Notes under the pieces: generated by a model
Databases searched by the model: none
Seen by the model: only the letters and a program-made list of their open reading frames with translations
What the model was told of the DNA's origin: nothing
Part shown: positions 61,860 through 64,000 of the stretch, piece by piece
How the letters are laid out: each line of letters starts with the position of its first letter
How positions within the stretch are numbered: position 1 is the first letter of the stretch
Made by a program: the position numbers and the translations under genes
Assembly (NCBI RefSeq): GCF_009914755.1
Contig: NC_060926.1
Strand: one strand, 5' to 3'
DNA: 64,000 nucleotides
Source of the DNA: the human T2T-CHM13v2.0 reference genome, Homo sapiens

Positions 61860-62158
61860 CAGCACTGTTCAATGGAACTATAAGCCACATCTATCATTTT
61901 AAATTTTCTAGTAGTCACATTAAACAGATTTTTTAAAAGGTTAGTTTTAATAATATATTTTATGTAATCTAGTGTATCCAAATAGGATAAAATCATTTCA
62001 TCCTATAATCAATGTAAAAAATTGATATGATTTTTATTAATGCTGAGTTGGAAATTGAGTGTGTATTAGCACATCTCAATTTGGACTACCCACGTTTCTA
62101 GTGCTCTAGTGTTCAGTAAGCTACATATGACTGATGGCTACCATATTGGACAGTGCAG
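61860..62158. mobile_element. MER33/MER3-like hAT-Charlie element adjacent to a MIR
   Basis: Ends cagcactgttcaat ... attggacagtgcag; internal attttaaattttctagtagtcacatt. Confidence 0.7.
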
Positions 62159-62568
62159 ATCTGTCCCTTAGATCGAGGTAATTCTGAAGCTTTGGAAAAG
62201 TGCAGAGGTGCCTTTTGCTTGTGACAGCACTAATTTGTGTGAATGTTATGATGATGGAGTAGCCTATAGTCCACTGTTTCCCTGCTTGATTGGGACAGGA
62301 AAGCCTCCCAGCTGTTGAGAACAACAAAAACAACTATTGAAAGGTAGTTGTTCACAGCTGCTCTCCTGAGAACTGGGTACCCCAAAACTAAATCAAATAT
62401 ATAGATTAATTAGAGGGTAGTTAGTATTTAAAAAGAATTCTCAGCATTCCTTTACATAATGATCTCTTATTATAATACTCTACATTTTATAAGGCCTTAT
62501 CATTTGTAGAACAACACTTTATATATTCTTCCTTATTTGATTCTTCACAGTAAACCAGTGAGGTATTA

Positions 62569-62673
62569 GCTCCATCTTTACAGATGATGAATTGATTTAT
62601 GGAGGGATTTGAGTGATTTGCTCCATTTTTATAGATGACAAATTGATTTATGGAGGGATTTCAGTGATTTGCT
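62569..62673. repeat. 51-bp tandem duplication in a MIR-like segment
   Basis: gctccat.ttta.agatga..aattgatttatggagggattt.agtgattt x2. Confidence 0.92.
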
Positions 62674-64000
62674 GAGTTTATGTGTAATAAAGGTGAACCC
62701 CCAATACCTATTTTATAGGCTCTGGTCTGTTACATTTTTTTCATTGTGCCAATCACCTTTGCCTTCTATATAGCAAAATATACTGTATTTATGAACTGTG
62801 ATCAGTTAACACTCTCAGAACCCAATATGTCGGCCTCTTCCCAGAAGTGCATTCCTTAAACTCCTGTGTAATTGTTATAGTGCCTGTACTCCATTTCCTA
62901 CTCAATTACTGAGTCTTTCTTTACATGTCTTTGTCTTATGCTGCCTGAGAAATAATCCTAAACTGATGACTTTTTGTTGTGTTTGTTTTCGGTGTTGCTA
63001 TTTTATTTGCACCTAGATTGCATAGGATTAAATCATCATAGGAGCATGTAACTAGTCATGGGAAACAAAGTACCTTGAGTCCACCCCCAGCCCCCATTTT
63101 TTTTGGTCCAATAAAATCTTGATTCTGCAGAGGAATTGCATGTTGTCAAGCTTGTGCTTATTTTCCTGTAATCTTTTCTGAAATTAGGCAATAAGATGCA
63201 AAAAGCACCCCCCTCCCTGCATGCTTTACAGATGGAATTTCCATAGGACGTTTTTGGATTTTTCGTTTGTTTGAACAAAGGATTTCCAGTTACCAACAGA
63301 GATTTTGGATCTGCAGGTTGGATCTATAAAGGACCTCAAATGCCAACTTAGAGATTTGAGCTTTATATTATTGGCTTTGAGGAGCCACATGATTAAAATA
63401 ATGTCGTAGGCAGAATAATATAGAGGATAGTTATCTGACATGTCTGGTATGAGACCAGTTCAGATTAACAGTAATCCTAACTCTAAAGGAGCTCAGTGAT
63501 TGAAAAAGACATTATAATTCATCAGAATGTATGGATGACTAATGATGTTTAAATGAGACTGTTGGTAAGGCACATAACTGATTGTCATTATCCACTTCCC
63601 AAAGTTATATTATCACTTGGTCATTCTCAGCCAACATTACACTCATTATAGCACAATTGTTCTTATCATTATTCAGTTATTACCATAGCATTTGTTTTTA
63701 AGAAATCTTTTTAGAACATGCATGTCTTGATTCCAGTATCTGTGAGCTTTCGGTGATCTACTGTAATGAGTTTGGACCAAGATGTAGTTGGCACAGACAT
63801 TTAAGGAAATATATTTGAAATAAAAATCTCAAAAGTACCTGGGCCCAGTTACTTACTCAGCTTTCAGCCTCTTAAATGTCCATAATAATAAGTATAATGT
63901 TTTATTCATAGTACCTACTTTCTATGGTTTAGCGGTTTAAATGCAATCCTATATGTAAAGTGTTTAGCATACTATATATTTAATGTAGTAGTTGCTGTTC

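Overview
Primate, almost certainly human, genomic DNA. The gene set is the one I recognise from chr2q32.2. It contains: (1) the last 11 coding exons of ANKAR (+ strand, armadillo-repeat region to the stop at 19890); (2) the complete OSGEPL1 gene (- strand, mitochondrial t6A tRNA threonylcarbamoyltransferase, 7 coding exons splicing to 1245 nt = 414 aa); (3) the complete ORMDL1 gene (- strand, 3 coding exons = 462 nt = 153 aa); (4) a CpG-island bidirectional promoter shared by ORMDL1 and PMS1, with the non-coding PMS1 exon 1 and part of intron 1. The PMS1 CDS is not in the window. Introns and intergenic DNA hold about 35 Alus, a 5'-truncated SVA, an MST LTR, Tigger4/MER DNA-transposon relics, L1/L2/MIR fragments and microsatellites. 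I see no convincing new protein-coding system; the other ORFs in the track are repeat- or CpG-island-derived, or show no coding evidence. The most interesting signals are structural or regulatory: ANKAR and OSGEPL1 appear to end tail-to-tail within ~50 bp; OSGEPL1 has a 3'UTR intron whose acceptor probably lies in an antisense Alu; a sense SVA with poly(A) signals sits in OSGEPL1 intron 2; a ~320-bp non-Alu inverted duplication lies in PMS1 intron 1; and there are uORFs, a G4 and several promoter motifs. Repeat subfamily calls and repeat boundaries were made by eye and are approximate.
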